DNA of 64,000 nt. It comes from an uncultured Gemmatimonadales bacterium (GTDB lineage Bacteria > Gemmatimonadota > Gemmatimonadetes > Gemmatimonadales > GWC2-71-9). The translations under genes and the position numbers were made by a program. Location: assembly GCA_963695555.1 (NCBI GenBank), contig CAVOGR010000002.1, positions 96,001-160,000 of the forward strand, given 5' to 3'. Positions 49,913 to 60,426 of this stretch are shown here, in pieces. The first letter of the stretch is position 1. The number at the start of each line of letters is the position of its first letter. The notes beneath the pieces are model-generated. The model was given only the letters and a program-made list of their open reading frames with translations, made no database searches and had not been told where the DNA came from.

Positions 49913-50749
49913 ATGGAAAACATCCGGGACGATATTTTCGGTGCGACCGACACGGGCAAGATCCGCAATGAGAACGAGGATCAGTTTCTCATCGCGGGCA
50001 TCCACAAGGCCCTGGATATTTCGCAGACCAGCCTACCGGAGCGAGACCGGGCCAGGCTCTTGGGCGGCAAACTCGGCGCTCTCCTGGTGGTGGCCGATGG
50101 TGTCGGTGGTGCCGCGGCCGGCGCGCAGGCAAGCGGCCTGGCGGTCGACGCACTCATCTCGTACATCACCTTCACCATGCCCTGCTTCTTCCATTTTGCG
50201 CAGGACATGGGTGGCGATGTCCTGAGAGAGGTCTCAACGGCATTCCAAAAATCGCACGAGAAAGTACAGGCGGAAGCGTCAGAGGCGACCGGCCAGGAAG
50301 GCATGGCCACCACGTTGACCATGGCCTACGTCCTCTGGCCGCGAGCATTCATTGTCCAGGTCGGCGACAGCAGGTTGTATCTCCAACGGGACGGCTGGCT
50401 GGACCAGATCACCCGGGATCAGACCATGGCGGAGGACTTGGTCGATCAAGGCATCCTCAAGCCCGACATGGTCAAAAAGTCACGCTGGAGCAACGTGCTG
50501 TCCAGCGCCGTCGGGGGCCGCAACCCGATCATCGACCCCGTTCTCTATGACCTCGGCCTCTTGCCCGACGACACGTTGCTCCTGTGCAGCGATGGGCTCA
50601 CCAAGCACGTGAGCGACGAGGAGATGTCGGAGATTCTGACCAACGCACCGTCGGCCGAGGCGGCCTGCCGAACCTTGGTCCAGGCGGCTCTCGACGGCGG
50701 TGGGACCGACAACGTCACCGTCGTCGTCGCCCGGTTTCCGCAGCAGTAA
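49913..50749 (+). CDS. PP2C-family Ser/Thr protein phosphatase
   Basis: TDTGKIRNENED, VADGVGG, MATT, VGDSR, LCSDGL, GGTDNVT. Confidence 0.93.
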   Translation: MENIRDDIFGATDTGKIRNENEDQFLIAGIHKALDISQTSLPERDRARLLGGKLGALLVVADGVGGAAAGAQASGLAVDALISYITFTMPCFFHFAQDMGGDVLREVSTAFQKSHEKVQAEASEATGQEGMATTLTMAYVLWPRAFIVQVGDSRLYLQRDGWLDQITRDQTMAEDLVDQGILKPDMVKKSRWSNVLSSAVGGRNPIIDPVLYDLGLLPDDTLLLCSDGLTKHVSDEEMSEILTNAPSAEAACRTLVQAALDGGGTDNVTVVVARFPQQ

Positions 50750-50979
50750 GTTCAGGAGCACGCACCCCCAATTCCGACGAAATGGCTAGTGTTTGTTGAG
50801 TCATCTCCACGCTTCCTCGCTTAGCTGGCCGGATTCAGTCCGCCATCTGACGGCGAGATCGAGTATTTTGTGTTCGGTCGGTTGGCACACGGCTGCGCTG
50901 ACTCGACTCCGCAGCTCTATCCGCTCGTGATGGGCTAGCCGAACACGTGGCGACCTTGGATCACAACAGGACATCTCTC

Positions 50980-52332
50980 ATGCCCGACGCAGTGACGCAG
51001 GAAGTGCACCGCTTCATGCAAGACGTGAAGCGACGTAACCCTCATGAACGTGAGTTTCACCAAGCCGTATTGGAGGTGGTCGAGAGCGTCATCCCCTTCA
51101 TACTCGAGCATCCCAAGTACAGAGATGCGTGCATCCTGGAGCGGATGACCGAACCCGATCGGATCATCATTTTCCGCGTGACGTGGGAGGACGACCAGGG
51201 CGGGGTACATGCCAACCGAGCGTGGCGGGTACAATTCAATAACGCGATCGGTCCCTATAAGGGCGGCATGCGTTTTCACCCGTCTGTCACCCTCAGCGTG
51301 CTCAAGTTCTTGGGCTTTGAACAGACCTTCAAAAACAGCCTCACGGGACTTCCCATGGGCGGCGGTAAGGGGGGGTCCAACTTCGACCCAAAGGGAAAAT
51401 CCGATCGCGAAGTGATGCGCTTCTGCCAATCGCTCATGATCGAACTGCACCGCCACATCGGGGACAATATCGACGTTCCGGCTGGAGACATTGGTGTCGG
51501 CGGGCGAGAAGTCAGCTACATGTTCGGTCAATACAAGCGCATGAAGAATGTTTGGGGCGGCATTCTCACCGGCAAAGGCCTGAGCTATGGCGGCAGCCTG
51601 ATTCGTAAGGAGGCCACAGGCTACGGTGCCGTGTACTTCATGGAAGACATGTTAGCCAGCCGCGGAGATGGGCTGAAGAACAAGCGGTGCGTGGTGTCCG
51701 GATCGGGTAATGTGGCGCTTTACACGATCGAGAAGCTGAATATGCTCGGGGCGAAGGCGGTTGCAGCATCGGACTCGAGCGGGTTCATCTACGACCCCGA
51801 CGGCATCGGTCCCGAAAAGCTGGAATGGCTCAAGGACCTGAAGGAAGTGCGCCGCGGGCGGCTCGTGGAATACGCCGACCGCTTTAAGTGTGAATACCAT
51901 GAAGACAAGCGACCTTGGTCAGTGCCGTGCGACCTGGCATTCCCTTCCGCGTCCCAGAACGAGATTTCGCTCGACGATGCGCACCAGTTGGTTGAGAACG
52001 GAGTCATTGGTGTCGCGGAAGGCGCCAACATGCCCACGACCATCGAAGGTGTCCGAACCTTTCTGGACGCCAAGATTCTCTACGGTCCGGGCAAGGCGGC
52101 CAACGCCGGCGGTGTCGCAGTCTCGGGGCTGGAACAGAGTCAGAATGCGCTGCGCATCAGCTGGTCGCAGGAAGAGGTCGACCAACGGCTGCGGCACATC
52201 ATGCGCAACATTCATCGCCGCTGCGTGGAGTGCGGCACTGAGAGCGACGGCTACGTCAACTACGTGAAGGGTGCTAACTTGGCCGGATTCGTCAAAGTAG
52301 CGGATGCGATGTTGGCGCAGGGCTTGATCTGA
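50980..52332 (+). CDS. gdhA: NADP-specific glutamate dehydrogenase
   Basis: EFHQAV, GPYKGGMRFHP, FEQTFKNSLTGLPMGGGKGG, VPAGDIGVG, GSGNVA, KAANAGGVAVSGLE. Confidence 0.95.
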   Translation: MPDAVTQEVHRFMQDVKRRNPHEREFHQAVLEVVESVIPFILEHPKYRDACILERMTEPDRIIIFRVTWEDDQGGVHANRAWRVQFNNAIGPYKGGMRFHPSVTLSVLKFLGFEQTFKNSLTGLPMGGGKGGSNFDPKGKSDREVMRFCQSLMIELHRHIGDNIDVPAGDIGVGGREVSYMFGQYKRMKNVWGGILTGKGLSYGGSLIRKEATGYGAVYFMEDMLASRGDGLKNKRCVVSGSGNVALYTIEKLNMLGAKAVAASDSSGFIYDPDGIGPEKLEWLKDLKEVRRGRLVEYADRFKCEYHEDKRPWSVPCDLAFPSASQNEISLDDAHQLVENGVIGVAEGANMPTTIEGVRTFLDAKILYGPGKAANAGGVAVSGLEQSQNALRISWSQEEVDQRLRHIMRNIHRRCVECGTESDGYVNYVKGANLAGFVKVADAMLAQGLI

Positions 52333-52348
52333 TCTCGACGGTGGCGCC

Positions 52349-52930
52349 CTAGTCTCGCAGAAGCGTGAGCAACGGGGTCACGATGCGTTCGGTCATGCCC
52401 CAGACCACCCGCGGCCCCAGCCGATAGGCGGGATAGGACCGTCGGGTGCCGCCGACTCCAACCATCAGCGCGTGATAGGCTTCGGGCCCAAGGAGAGTCT
52501 CCACCGGCGCCCAGATCGCCTCCGCCGCCTCCTCACTCAACGCCAGTCTAGGCTTTCGGTCCAGCGCAAAGACAAACGGGCGCACCATGATCGGCGGGAG
52601 GTGGGTCCGCCGCGGGGCGACATCGTCCAGGGTGCCCAAAAACTGGTCCGGCTGCAGCACAACCCCGACTTCCTCCATGGTCTCCCGCACGGCAGTCGCG
52701 AACAGATCGGAGTCGCTCGCATCACTGCGGCCGCCGGGGAACGAGACATGTCCCGACCACGGATCGTCCGCTCGCTCGGCCCGCTCGATGAAGAGTATCG
52801 CATCCGGGTCGGGGGCGAACACCACGGCCACCGCAGCCTGGATCAATGTGTCGTCATCTTCGGTTTGGGGGTTCCGCGAGGTGAGGCGCTTTCGGAGACG
52901 AGCCTGGAGCGGGGTCAGTTCAAGCCGCAT
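52349..52930 (-). CDS. Nudix CoA pyrophosphatase (NudL/Pcd-like)
   Basis: DPWSGHVSFPGG, AVRETMEEVG, VWGMT. Confidence 0.88.
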   Translation of the reverse strand: MRLELTPLQARLRKRLTSRNPQTEDDDTLIQAAVAVVFAPDPDAILFIERAERADDPWSGHVSFPGGRSDASDSDLFATAVRETMEEVGVVLQPDQFLGTLDDVAPRRTHLPPIMVRPFVFALDRKPRLALSEEAAEAIWAPVETLLGPEAYHALMVGVGGTRRSYPAYRLGPRVVWGMTERIVTPLLTLLRD

Positions 52931-53136
52931 CCACCACCACAGCACCCGCCGGCCGGGGAATCCGGCATCTCGCAGGACGGAGCGGCCGAGCTGCCTTTCG
53001 CCAATGCCGCCGGCACGGATAGCCGTCGTTGGACCCGGGAACTGGCGCATCGCGGACAGGCGACGGCGGTATCGGATCGGACGAGGAGCTCGAACAGCTC
53101 TCCGCAGGCCGGGCAGTCATACTCGTAGATCGGCAT
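52915..53136 (-). CDS. FmdB-family zinc-ribbon protein
   Basis: MPIYEYDCPACG..FE...CPRC; C-terminal CCGGGC. Confidence 0.88.
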   Translation of the reverse strand: MPIYEYDCPACGELFELLVRSDTAVACPRCASSRVQRRLSVPAALAKGSSAAPSCEMPDSPAGGCCGGGCGLN

Positions 53137-53196
53137 GGGTGGACGTTCGTCAGCCTCGGCGCGACAGTCAAGGGCCGTTCGATTGACCGGGAGTCT

Positions 53197-54036
53197 TTAC
53201 CTGAGATGCCGCCCCATCCACGCCACCGTGGCATCGATGGCCCGCTCCAGCTCCGGCGTCGACCCTTGGTAGGGATGCACAGCGCCGAAGGTGTGGCCGC
53301 CGCCCTCGATACGAAGCAGCTGCGCGTCGCCTTTTCGGTTCACCTTGAGCAACGTGTCCGCCTCGTGGGGAGCGACCGTCTCGTCCGCTCCGCCATGGAC
53401 GATGAGCCACGGGATGAGGATGCGGCCGGCGGCCGCTGGAATGTCGAGGCTCCCGGAGGCATTGGCCTCAATGTCATCGAGCGCGTCGCAGTAGAGCGGC
53501 AATATCTGCCCCGTTCGACTGTTGACGATCTCGAGCGCACCATCGGTACGCCATCGCTCGATGACTTCCGGCGACCATCGCGACACCGTACTCACCGCCG
53601 ACCAGGTTACCAGCGCTCGCACGCGGGCATCGTAGGCGGCGTGGAGCACCGCGACCCCTCCGCCGCGCGAGTGCCCGACGATCCCAATGCTGGTTGGAGC
53701 CGGCACGCCGAGGCCACCCTCACTCAGCGCCACCACCACGGCATCGAGATCATGCAGGTCGCCGCTGAAAGTCGCGTGGCCGAATCGGTCGGGATACGAG
53801 AAATTCCCCGTATCATCGACGCCACTCCCGCTCATATTGAACGACACCGCCGTCATTCCCGCCTTGGCCACGCGATCGGCGAGGACCGGGAACATCCCCC
53901 AATCCTTGAAACCCTTGAATCCGTGCAACACCAGGACCGCGGGGCGCGGGACGCCCCGACTCCCCGACCGGACGTCGATCAGGATCGGCCCGAGGGTGCC
54001 AGGAATGATGTGCGTGGTGAGGGTCGGCGTGGACAT
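53197..54036 (-). CDS. Alpha/beta hydrolase
   Basis: HGFKGFKDWG, GHSRGG, HGGADETV, GHTF. Confidence 0.9.
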   Translation of the reverse strand: MSTPTLTTHIIPGTLGPILIDVRSGSRGVPRPAVLVLHGFKGFKDWGMFPVLADRVAKAGMTAVSFNMSGSGVDDTGNFSYPDRFGHATFSGDLHDLDAVVVALSEGGLGVPAPTSIGIVGHSRGGGVAVLHAAYDARVRALVTWSAVSTVSRWSPEVIERWRTDGALEIVNSRTGQILPLYCDALDDIEANASGSLDIPAAAGRILIPWLIVHGGADETVAPHEADTLLKVNRKGDAQLLRIEGGGHTFGAVHPYQGSTPELERAIDATVAWMGRHLR

Positions 54037-54079
54037 GTTGATGGGATGTGGGTAATGACTCTGGATTGGTTAATGGATT

Positions 54080-54160
54080 GCAGGGAGGTAGGAATGTAGG
54101 TCCTATTCCTACAACCTACCACCTACTTCCCTACTACCTCTCACCTACCTCACTCACTTC
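54080..54160. repeat. Heptamer-type purine/pyrimidine inverted tract
   Basis: GGAGGTAGGAATGTAGG then CCTACAA CCTACCA CCTACTT CCCTACTA. Confidence 0.65.
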
Positions 54161-55116
54161 ACCCCCGCCTCCAGCAACTGGAGTTCCCCACCGTCGGCGT
54201 CCAGTCGAGCGCGCACACCGAGCGGGAGGGTCCATTGATCATCTACATGGCCGATTGGAAAGCCGTATGCCACCGGGATCCCGAGCGGCCCGAAGTACGT
54301 TTCCAGGATTTCATGGAACCCCAAGGCGCCGTCGGAGGTGGCTTTCTTCATTTCGGTAAACTGCCCCACAGCCACTCCCGCCAAGTGATCGAAGGCACCA
54401 ATCGTGCGGAGTTGGGCCAGCACGCGATCCACCCGGTACAGATCCTCTCCAACATCCTCGATGAACAGAATGGCGCCGTCGAGGTCGGGAAAGTAGGGAG
54501 TCCCAATCAGACACTGGAGCAGCGTCAGGTTCCCACCGGCAAGCACCCCCTCGGCGACTCCCGGCTCGAGGGTTGCAATCCTGCCCTTACGGGCGCCGAG
54601 CACATAGCTCGGTGACCCGATCCGCCCCAGCCGGCCGGCGGGGGCCGTCCGGCGCACAGCCCGCTCGAGATGCTCGCGGCTGAACCCGGTCAATTCAGCT
54701 CGAGCCACGGGCCCGTGGAAAGTTACGACCCCGGTGATCCGGGTCACCGCGTTCAACAGTGCGGTGATGTCAGAATAGCCAATCAGCACTTTAGGGGTTC
54801 GCGCGAAGGCATCGTAGTCCACTCCGGGAAGGATGCGGGTCGTGCCATAGCCTCCGCGCAGGCACCAGATCCCGGCGATGTCGGGATCGCGAATGGCCGC
54901 ATTGAGGTCAGCCAACCGTTCTTCGTCACTACCGCCCAGGTAGCCGTAACGCCGTTCGGCATTGACGCCGATGGCGGGTTCGAATCCGAGTCCACGGCAA
55001 ATCTCGGCGGCGCACCGGAGGTCGTCGTGCTCGAGCAGAGCCCCGGCCGGTGCCACCAAGCCAATTCGGCTCCCGGGCTCCAGCGCCTGGGGGCGTTCGA
55101 TTGGTTTTGACCGCAC
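54154..55116 (-). CDS. ldcA: LD-carboxypeptidase (peptidase S66)
   Basis: RGGYG, GYSDITAL, FHGP, GGNL, FIEDVGE, PIGH. Confidence 0.92.
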   Translation of the reverse strand: MRSKPIERPQALEPGSRIGLVAPAGALLEHDDLRCAAEICRGLGFEPAIGVNAERRYGYLGGSDEERLADLNAAIRDPDIAGIWCLRGGYGTTRILPGVDYDAFARTPKVLIGYSDITALLNAVTRITGVVTFHGPVARAELTGFSREHLERAVRRTAPAGRLGRIGSPSYVLGARKGRIATLEPGVAEGVLAGGNLTLLQCLIGTPYFPDLDGAILFIEDVGEDLYRVDRVLAQLRTIGAFDHLAGVAVGQFTEMKKATSDGALGFHEILETYFGPLGIPVAYGFPIGHVDDQWTLPLGVRARLDADGGELQLLEAGVK

Positions 55117-55169
55117 TCGCCCTCCTGACTAAGTTTCCTGCGCTCAACCTTCAGCCTGGAGCATCGCGC

Positions 55170-55727
55170 TTGCGCGTTTTCCACCCCACATTACTGGAGG
55201 CGGGTCGGGCCATTGCCGACCTGCGGGACACGCTGGTGCGGGAATGGGCCGACTGGCTCGGCGACCGCATGACCACTTCTACCACAATACCCCGTTCGTT
55301 GGTTGAGCGGGAGCTTCGCTTGATTATCGATGTCCTGGTCCAACTGGTCGGCCCATACCGGCGTGAGACCACCCCGGTCTGGGAACGCCTGTGTGAGCAC
55401 TACGGCCAGACGGCCGCGGCCCGTGGGCTGGCCGCGGGCGAAGTGGTCGAAGAGCTCCAGTATCTGCGCGAACTCTTGACTCGGAATCTGGCCCCAATGG
55501 TCGCCGCCATGCGGGCCCGCCATGGGATGGCCATGCTACTCCACCTCAACCGCATGCTGGACCGGGGCGTGGCCGCCGCGGTGGTCGGATACACCAATGC
55601 GCTGGTGGCCACCCTATTCAGCCAGAACGGTGTGCCTGCTTCCGATGCCGAATTCGACGCGGCCGACGTCGAACGCCGGCTCAAGACCATTGAGGAGAAG
55701 CTCGTCTCAGTTACCGGACTCAGCTGA
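55170..55727 (+). CDS. Hypothetical helical protein (RsbRD-N-like)
   Basis: HYGQTAAARGLAAGEVVEELQYLRE; start uncertain. Confidence 0.55.
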   Translation: MRVFHPTLLEAGRAIADLRDTLVREWADWLGDRMTTSTTIPRSLVERELRLIIDVLVQLVGPYRRETTPVWERLCEHYGQTAAARGLAAGEVVEELQYLRELLTRNLAPMVAAMRARHGMAMLLHLNRMLDRGVAAAVVGYTNALVATLFSQNGVPASDAEFDAADVERRLKTIEEKLVSVTGLS

Positions 55728-55747
55728 CCTGCCTCCTCGTTCCCGAC

Positions 55748-56899
55748 ATGCTTCCCGTTGATCTGATTCCAGCCCTGCCTTGGCTGGCGCCCTTTGGCTT
55801 GCTGCCACGACTGTCATCGCGCACTCCCAGCCTGGCCGATGCGCCGACGATGCACGCCGGTCTTGTCAGCGTAATCATTCCCGCACGAAATGAAGCCGAG
55901 AATATCGAGACGGCAGTGCGGTCGATTCTGGCGACGACCTATGAGCCGATGGAGCTGCTCGTTGTTGATGATCGCTCGACCGATACCACCCCAACTATCG
56001 TGCAGGCGCTCGCGGCGGAGGACCCGCGCGTGCGATTGATCCCTGGCGCGCCTCTCCCGCCCGGGTGGTATGGGAAACCCTGGGCCTGTGTCCAGGGATA
56101 TCGCGCCGCCACAGGCGAATACTTGGTCTTCACCGATGCCGACACCCGGCATGCTCCCGCACTCCTGGCACATGCGATCGGAGCGTCACGTCACGAAGGG
56201 GCCGACCTGGTGACCGTCGCGCCTCGGCAGCTGTGCCTCACATTCTGGGAGCGTCTGATCATGCCCCAGGTGTGGGCGCTCTTGAGTTATCGCTACCACC
56301 CCAAGATCGTCAACGCTGCCCGGACCGCGCGCGACGTGATCGCCAACGGTCAGTTCATTCTCGTTACCAGAACAAGCTACGACGCCATCGGCACCCACGA
56401 GAGCGTGCGCGGCGAAGTGGCCGAAGACCTTGGCCTTGCCCAACGATACTTCGCGTCGGGGCGGCGCATGTACTTCGCCTTTGCAGAGTCGCTCATGGCC
56501 ACACGCATGTATCGTGATCTCCCGGGCCTGGTTGAAGGCTGGTCCAAGAACATGTTCCTCGGAGCTCAGCAATCCTATCCCAACGAACCCTTGCTGCGAC
56601 TTGTCATGCCGGCGGCACTCGCCCTCGCCATGATGTTCTGGGTAGTGCCGCCTGGCATCGTGGTGCTTGCCGCCTGTGGCATTCAGGTCGGCCTGTTCAA
56701 TGCTGCGGTCCTCGCCACGATGGCGTCGTTGGTCTTTTGGGGCATGGTGAGTTTCGGCATGGGCATTCCTCCGGCCTATGCGTTGGGCTACCCGCTCGGC
56801 GCGGGCACGACGCTCGCCATCTATCTTCGCTCGGTCTGGCGAGGACGGCGGGTGACATGGCGCGGGCGGGAGTATGGAGGTACCGGCGACACGGGGTGA
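55748..56899 (+). CDS. GT2 glycosyltransferase (CrtQ/CruC/HpnB-like)
   Basis: IIPARNEA, VDDRSTD, GW.GKPWAC, FTDAD, ANGQ, AED, C-terminal TMs, WRGR. Confidence 0.88.
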   Translation: MLPVDLIPALPWLAPFGLLPRLSSRTPSLADAPTMHAGLVSVIIPARNEAENIETAVRSILATTYEPMELLVVDDRSTDTTPTIVQALAAEDPRVRLIPGAPLPPGWYGKPWACVQGYRAATGEYLVFTDADTRHAPALLAHAIGASRHEGADLVTVAPRQLCLTFWERLIMPQVWALLSYRYHPKIVNAARTARDVIANGQFILVTRTSYDAIGTHESVRGEVAEDLGLAQRYFASGRRMYFAFAESLMATRMYRDLPGLVEGWSKNMFLGAQQSYPNEPLLRLVMPAALALAMMFWVVPPGIVVLAACGIQVGLFNAAVLATMASLVFWGMVSFGMGIPPAYALGYPLGAGTTLAIYLRSVWRGRRVTWRGREYGGTGDTG

Positions 56900-57001
56900 C
56901 GGGGTGGGAGCCCACCCGGGATTGCTGGAACGGATTGTTGCCAACAGATTGACCAACGACGCACGCGAGGCCCACCGACCCCTGACTCAGGACTTCCGTC
57001 G

Positions 57002-57253
57002 ATGAAACTCACTCTTACACAGGATATGCTCGACGCGCTCGACCGGGCGGGCGACAAACCCGATTGGCTGATCGCAGAGATCAGCCGCATGCGAGCCGAT
57101 GGTGGGCCGTTTGAGTTGCTTCTGGGGCCTGAGCAAAGCACAGCTCTCGAGGAACTCTGCACCATGAACATTCGCTTCGACGCGACCGGCGCGGTTCGAG
57201 CTGAACATCAGTCCCTGGAGGATCTCTCCAATCTGGTGATGGACAACTACTAG
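57002..57253 (+). CDS. Small acidic hypothetical protein
   Basis: 83-aa ORF with plausible codon usage and an AGGA RBS-like site. Confidence 0.55.
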   Translation: MKLTLTQDMLDALDRAGDKPDWLIAEISRMRADGGPFELLLGPEQSTALEELCTMNIRFDATGAVRAEHQSLEDLSNLVMDNY

Positions 57254-57369
57254 GCGCGAGCCTGTGGAACGGTGATCTCGGGGCTCGGGCGTGTGCCCGA
57301 GGGGATTTGCTCCACTCGATCGTCATCTGATACCTGTCTCTGCCCGTCGCCACAGTACCGTGTGCCACC

Positions 57370-60300
57370 ATGGCACATGGTGCGCCGGTCCGTCTCGAGC
57401 AAGCCCTCGACTGCATCCAGACTCTTCCTCACCTCCAACGGCTCGTCCACTGGTTGGGCTACGAGGTCGCCTGGGAGGAGATTCCCCCGAGTGCATGGCT
57501 TAGGCGCAATCGGTGGAGTCGGTCCATCCGTCGGGCCGCGGTGGTGGGTCGGCAGGGTGGCTTCATCTGGTATGCTGTTGACACGGACGACCCCGCTTCG
57601 CTGGCACGCAGGGTCGCCGGGCAGCTGGGCCGGCGTGGTGAGCATGCGGGCGTCCTGGCCCTCGATCCCACCCGCCGGCAGCTTGCCATCTCGGTTTCGT
57701 TCGGTCCATACCCTGTCCTTCCACTGGAACTCGCCGCACCGAGCCGTCTTGCGCTCCACTGCCTGGAGCGGGTGTCCGCGGCCGGACCCGGGGAAGCCAT
57801 AGCCGCAGCCGCACGGCTGGCCGAAGCACTGGATGCTGCCGAGCCAGGCACGCGGTTCATCCGTCGATTTCGCGGACTCTTCACCGCTTTTGCGGCACAC
57901 CTTCCGGAAGCAATCCCACCGCGTGACAGGCAGCGGCTCGCATTACTTCAACTCACCCGCGTGCTCTTTCTCTACTTCGTTCAGAATAGAGGCTGGTTGA
58001 ACGGGGACGGAGATTTCTTGCGTCGGGGTGTGGATCGGTGCCTGACCGATGGTTCCGATCTCCACCGCACATTCTTCGGGCCACTCTTCTTCGGAACCTT
58101 GAACCAACCCTATACGCGCCGGACTGTTGCCTCGCGACGCTTCGGGAACATTCCATTCTTGAATGGCGGCCTCTTCGAGCCGCATTGGCTCGAGCGGCGC
58201 TATAAGCCGCACATCTCGAACGAGCTCTGGAGCATGGCGTTCGATGACCTCTTTGAACGCTTTCATTTTACCGCGCGCGAGCGTAGCGAAGGCCATGCCA
58301 TCGCACCGGACATGTTGGGCCGCGTGTTCGAAGGAATGATGGATGCCGAGGAACGGAAGAAGACCGGCACCTACTACACACCAAGCGCGTTGGTGCGTGA
58401 ACTCCTTGAAGCAGCGATTGGTGCCTTCCTTACTGCAAAATACGGCCTAGCCGCCGACGTGCTTGCAAGCCGCATTCACAAGCGCGACCCGAGCTTGGCA
58501 GCCATGACTCGCACGCTCACCATTCTCGACCCTGCTGTCGGCTCGGGAGCGTTTCTCCTCGGCGCCTTGGAGTGGCTTGCCGACGTGCTCCGTGATGATG
58601 GCACGACTGCGGTGGTCCGCCGCCGGATCCTGGCGCAGAACATCTTCGGGGTCGACACCAGCACCATTGCTGTCACGCTGACAGAGTTGCGCTTGTGGTT
58701 AGCCGTGTTGGCCGAGGAACAAGACGGCGCACCTGAGGCCGTTGAGCCGCTGCCAAATCTCGATTGCCTGATCCGGCAGGGAGACAGCCTGAGCGATCCG
58801 TTTCAGAGCCTTCACAGTCTGTCTCCCCGCACCGTTGCCGGAGGTCGTCTCCTGGGTGAAATCCGGAGGCGATTCGTGCATGCGACAGGGCCGGGCAAGT
58901 CGAAGCAGGCTCGACTCCTCAAACGGGCTGAGAGTCGGGCGCTGCGCCTCTGGCTCGACGAAACCGAAGCACAACTCGACCGGCAGCTCGCTGAGTGTAT
59001 CGCTACCGGAAAGAGCAATACCCTCTTCGGCCATCGTCAAGGACTGGATGCCCCACTCCAAGCTCACGTACGCGCGGTGCGCGCCCAGTGGCACTGCGTG
59101 CGCCAAGCCCGGCGGCGGCTCGAGCGGGATCGAGCGCTGCCGTGGTTCCACTACGAAAGCCATTTCGCGGACATTTTCGCCACTGGGGGCGGGTTTGACC
59201 TCGTTATCGGAAACCCACCGTGGATTCGCGCGGAGTTTCTGCCCAGCCACGTGCGGCAGCAGTTGCGCCGCCGCTTTCGATGGTGGAGCGGCGGGAGCGG
59301 AAAGGGGTTCCGCCATCAGCCCGATCTTGCCCTGGCCTTTCTGGAGCGTGGCCTCGAGCTTGCCCATCGAGACGGGTCGGTCGCTTTCTTGCTACCGGCA
59401 AAACTCGCGACGGCGGCATACGCGAAGAAGGCACGCCGGATGCTCGCCCGGGAAACGACCCTCCATGCGGTCGCGGACCTCACACCCACACATGCACGGA
59501 GCTTCGATGCGACGACCTATCCGCTGGCGATCGTCACCACGAAAGGCCGGCCGTCGCAGAGCCACACCGTACGATCGACGCTGGCGGTGTCCGAAGCGAT
59601 CCGAGTACCGCAACATGAGCTCCGGGCAGCCGAAACCTGGATTATCAAAGGCGATAGCGTGCAGCGTGCCATGGCCGAACTCGCCGGCCACCCCACCATC
59701 GGTGAGCGCCTCGTATGCCATCTCGGCGTGAAGACAGGGGCTAACGCAGTCTTCATGAATCCCGACGCCGACGTCGAGCCTTACCTCTTACGCCCTGCGC
59801 TGCGTGGGCGGGATATCACAGCGTGGTCGGCGGAGGCCAGGATCAGCATCATCTGGACCCATGACGCGAATGGGTCGCCTCGGACGGCGTTGCCACCATT
59901 AGCGGACAGCTATTTCAGGCGGTACGCCGCACGGCTTCGCGCCAGAGCCGATTTTCGGACTGGGCCGCCGTGGCAATTGTTCAGGGTCGGTCCCTCCCTC
60001 GCCGAATACAAGGTGGTCTGGGCCGACATCGCCCGCCGGCTCGAGGCGGTTCCGCTGACCCCTACGACTCATCGAGCGGTTGTCCCGCTGAATACGTGCT
60101 ACCTCATCCCAACGAAGAGTGCGGAGGGCGCGCGCGCGTTGGCGGCATGGCTCAACTCGACCTGGATCCGTGGGGCTGCCGCCGTTCGAGCCGATCCCGC
60201 ACGCGGTGGCTTCGCCCGGTTCAACGCCCGCGTCGTCTCGTCGCTCCCCTTACCTCCGGCCGCTCTGAACGACCACCAGCTCGCCCAACTCGGCGACATC

Positions 60301-60426
60301 GCTCGAGCCGACCCCGGAGCACAGGCCTCGGTGGACGAGCGTGCGGCCCATTACCTCGGTCTTTCTCCAACCGCGTGCGAGGCACTGCATGGTGTGGTCG
60401 AACGTGCCACCCACGATCGTTGCTGA
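57370..60426 (+). CDS. Large N6-adenine DNA methyltransferase (Eco57I/TaqI gamma-class architecture)
   Basis: IPFLNGGLF, LGRVFE, GTYYTP, ILDPAVGSGAF, IFGVD, QGDSL, FDLVIGNPPW; TaqI_C-like tail (KVVWADI..LNTCY..WLNS). Confidence 0.88.
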   Translation: MAHGAPVRLEQALDCIQTLPHLQRLVHWLGYEVAWEEIPPSAWLRRNRWSRSIRRAAVVGRQGGFIWYAVDTDDPASLARRVAGQLGRRGEHAGVLALDPTRRQLAISVSFGPYPVLPLELAAPSRLALHCLERVSAAGPGEAIAAAARLAEALDAAEPGTRFIRRFRGLFTAFAAHLPEAIPPRDRQRLALLQLTRVLFLYFVQNRGWLNGDGDFLRRGVDRCLTDGSDLHRTFFGPLFFGTLNQPYTRRTVASRRFGNIPFLNGGLFEPHWLERRYKPHISNELWSMAFDDLFERFHFTARERSEGHAIAPDMLGRVFEGMMDAEERKKTGTYYTPSALVRELLEAAIGAFLTAKYGLAADVLASRIHKRDPSLAAMTRTLTILDPAVGSGAFLLGALEWLADVLRDDGTTAVVRRRILAQNIFGVDTSTIAVTLTELRLWLAVLAEEQDGAPEAVEPLPNLDCLIRQGDSLSDPFQSLHSLSPRTVAGGRLLGEIRRRFVHATGPGKSKQARLLKRAESRALRLWLDETEAQLDRQLAECIATGKSNTLFGHRQGLDAPLQAHVRAVRAQWHCVRQARRRLERDRALPWFHYESHFADIFATGGGFDLVIGNPPWIRAEFLPSHVRQQLRRRFRWWSGGSGKGFRHQPDLALAFLERGLELAHRDGSVAFLLPAKLATAAYAKKARRMLARETTLHAVADLTPTHARSFDATTYPLAIVTTKGRPSQSHTVRSTLAVSEAIRVPQHELRAAETWIIKGDSVQRAMAELAGHPTIGERLVCHLGVKTGANAVFMNPDADVEPYLLRPALRGRDITAWSAEARISIIWTHDANGSPRTALPPLADSYFRRYAARLRARADFRTGPPWQLFRVGPSLAEYKVVWADIARRLEAVPLTPTTHRAVVPLNTCYLIPTKSAEGARALAAWLNSTWIRGAAAVRADPARGGFARFNARVVSSLPLPPAALNDHQLAQLGDIARADPGAQASVDERAAHYLGLSPTACEALHGVVERATHDRC

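Noticed and set aside
50882..50898. Sigma-54 promoter before gdhA (TTGGCACACGGCTGCGC)
   Set aside because: GG-to-GC spacing is 9 or 11 nt, not the required 10
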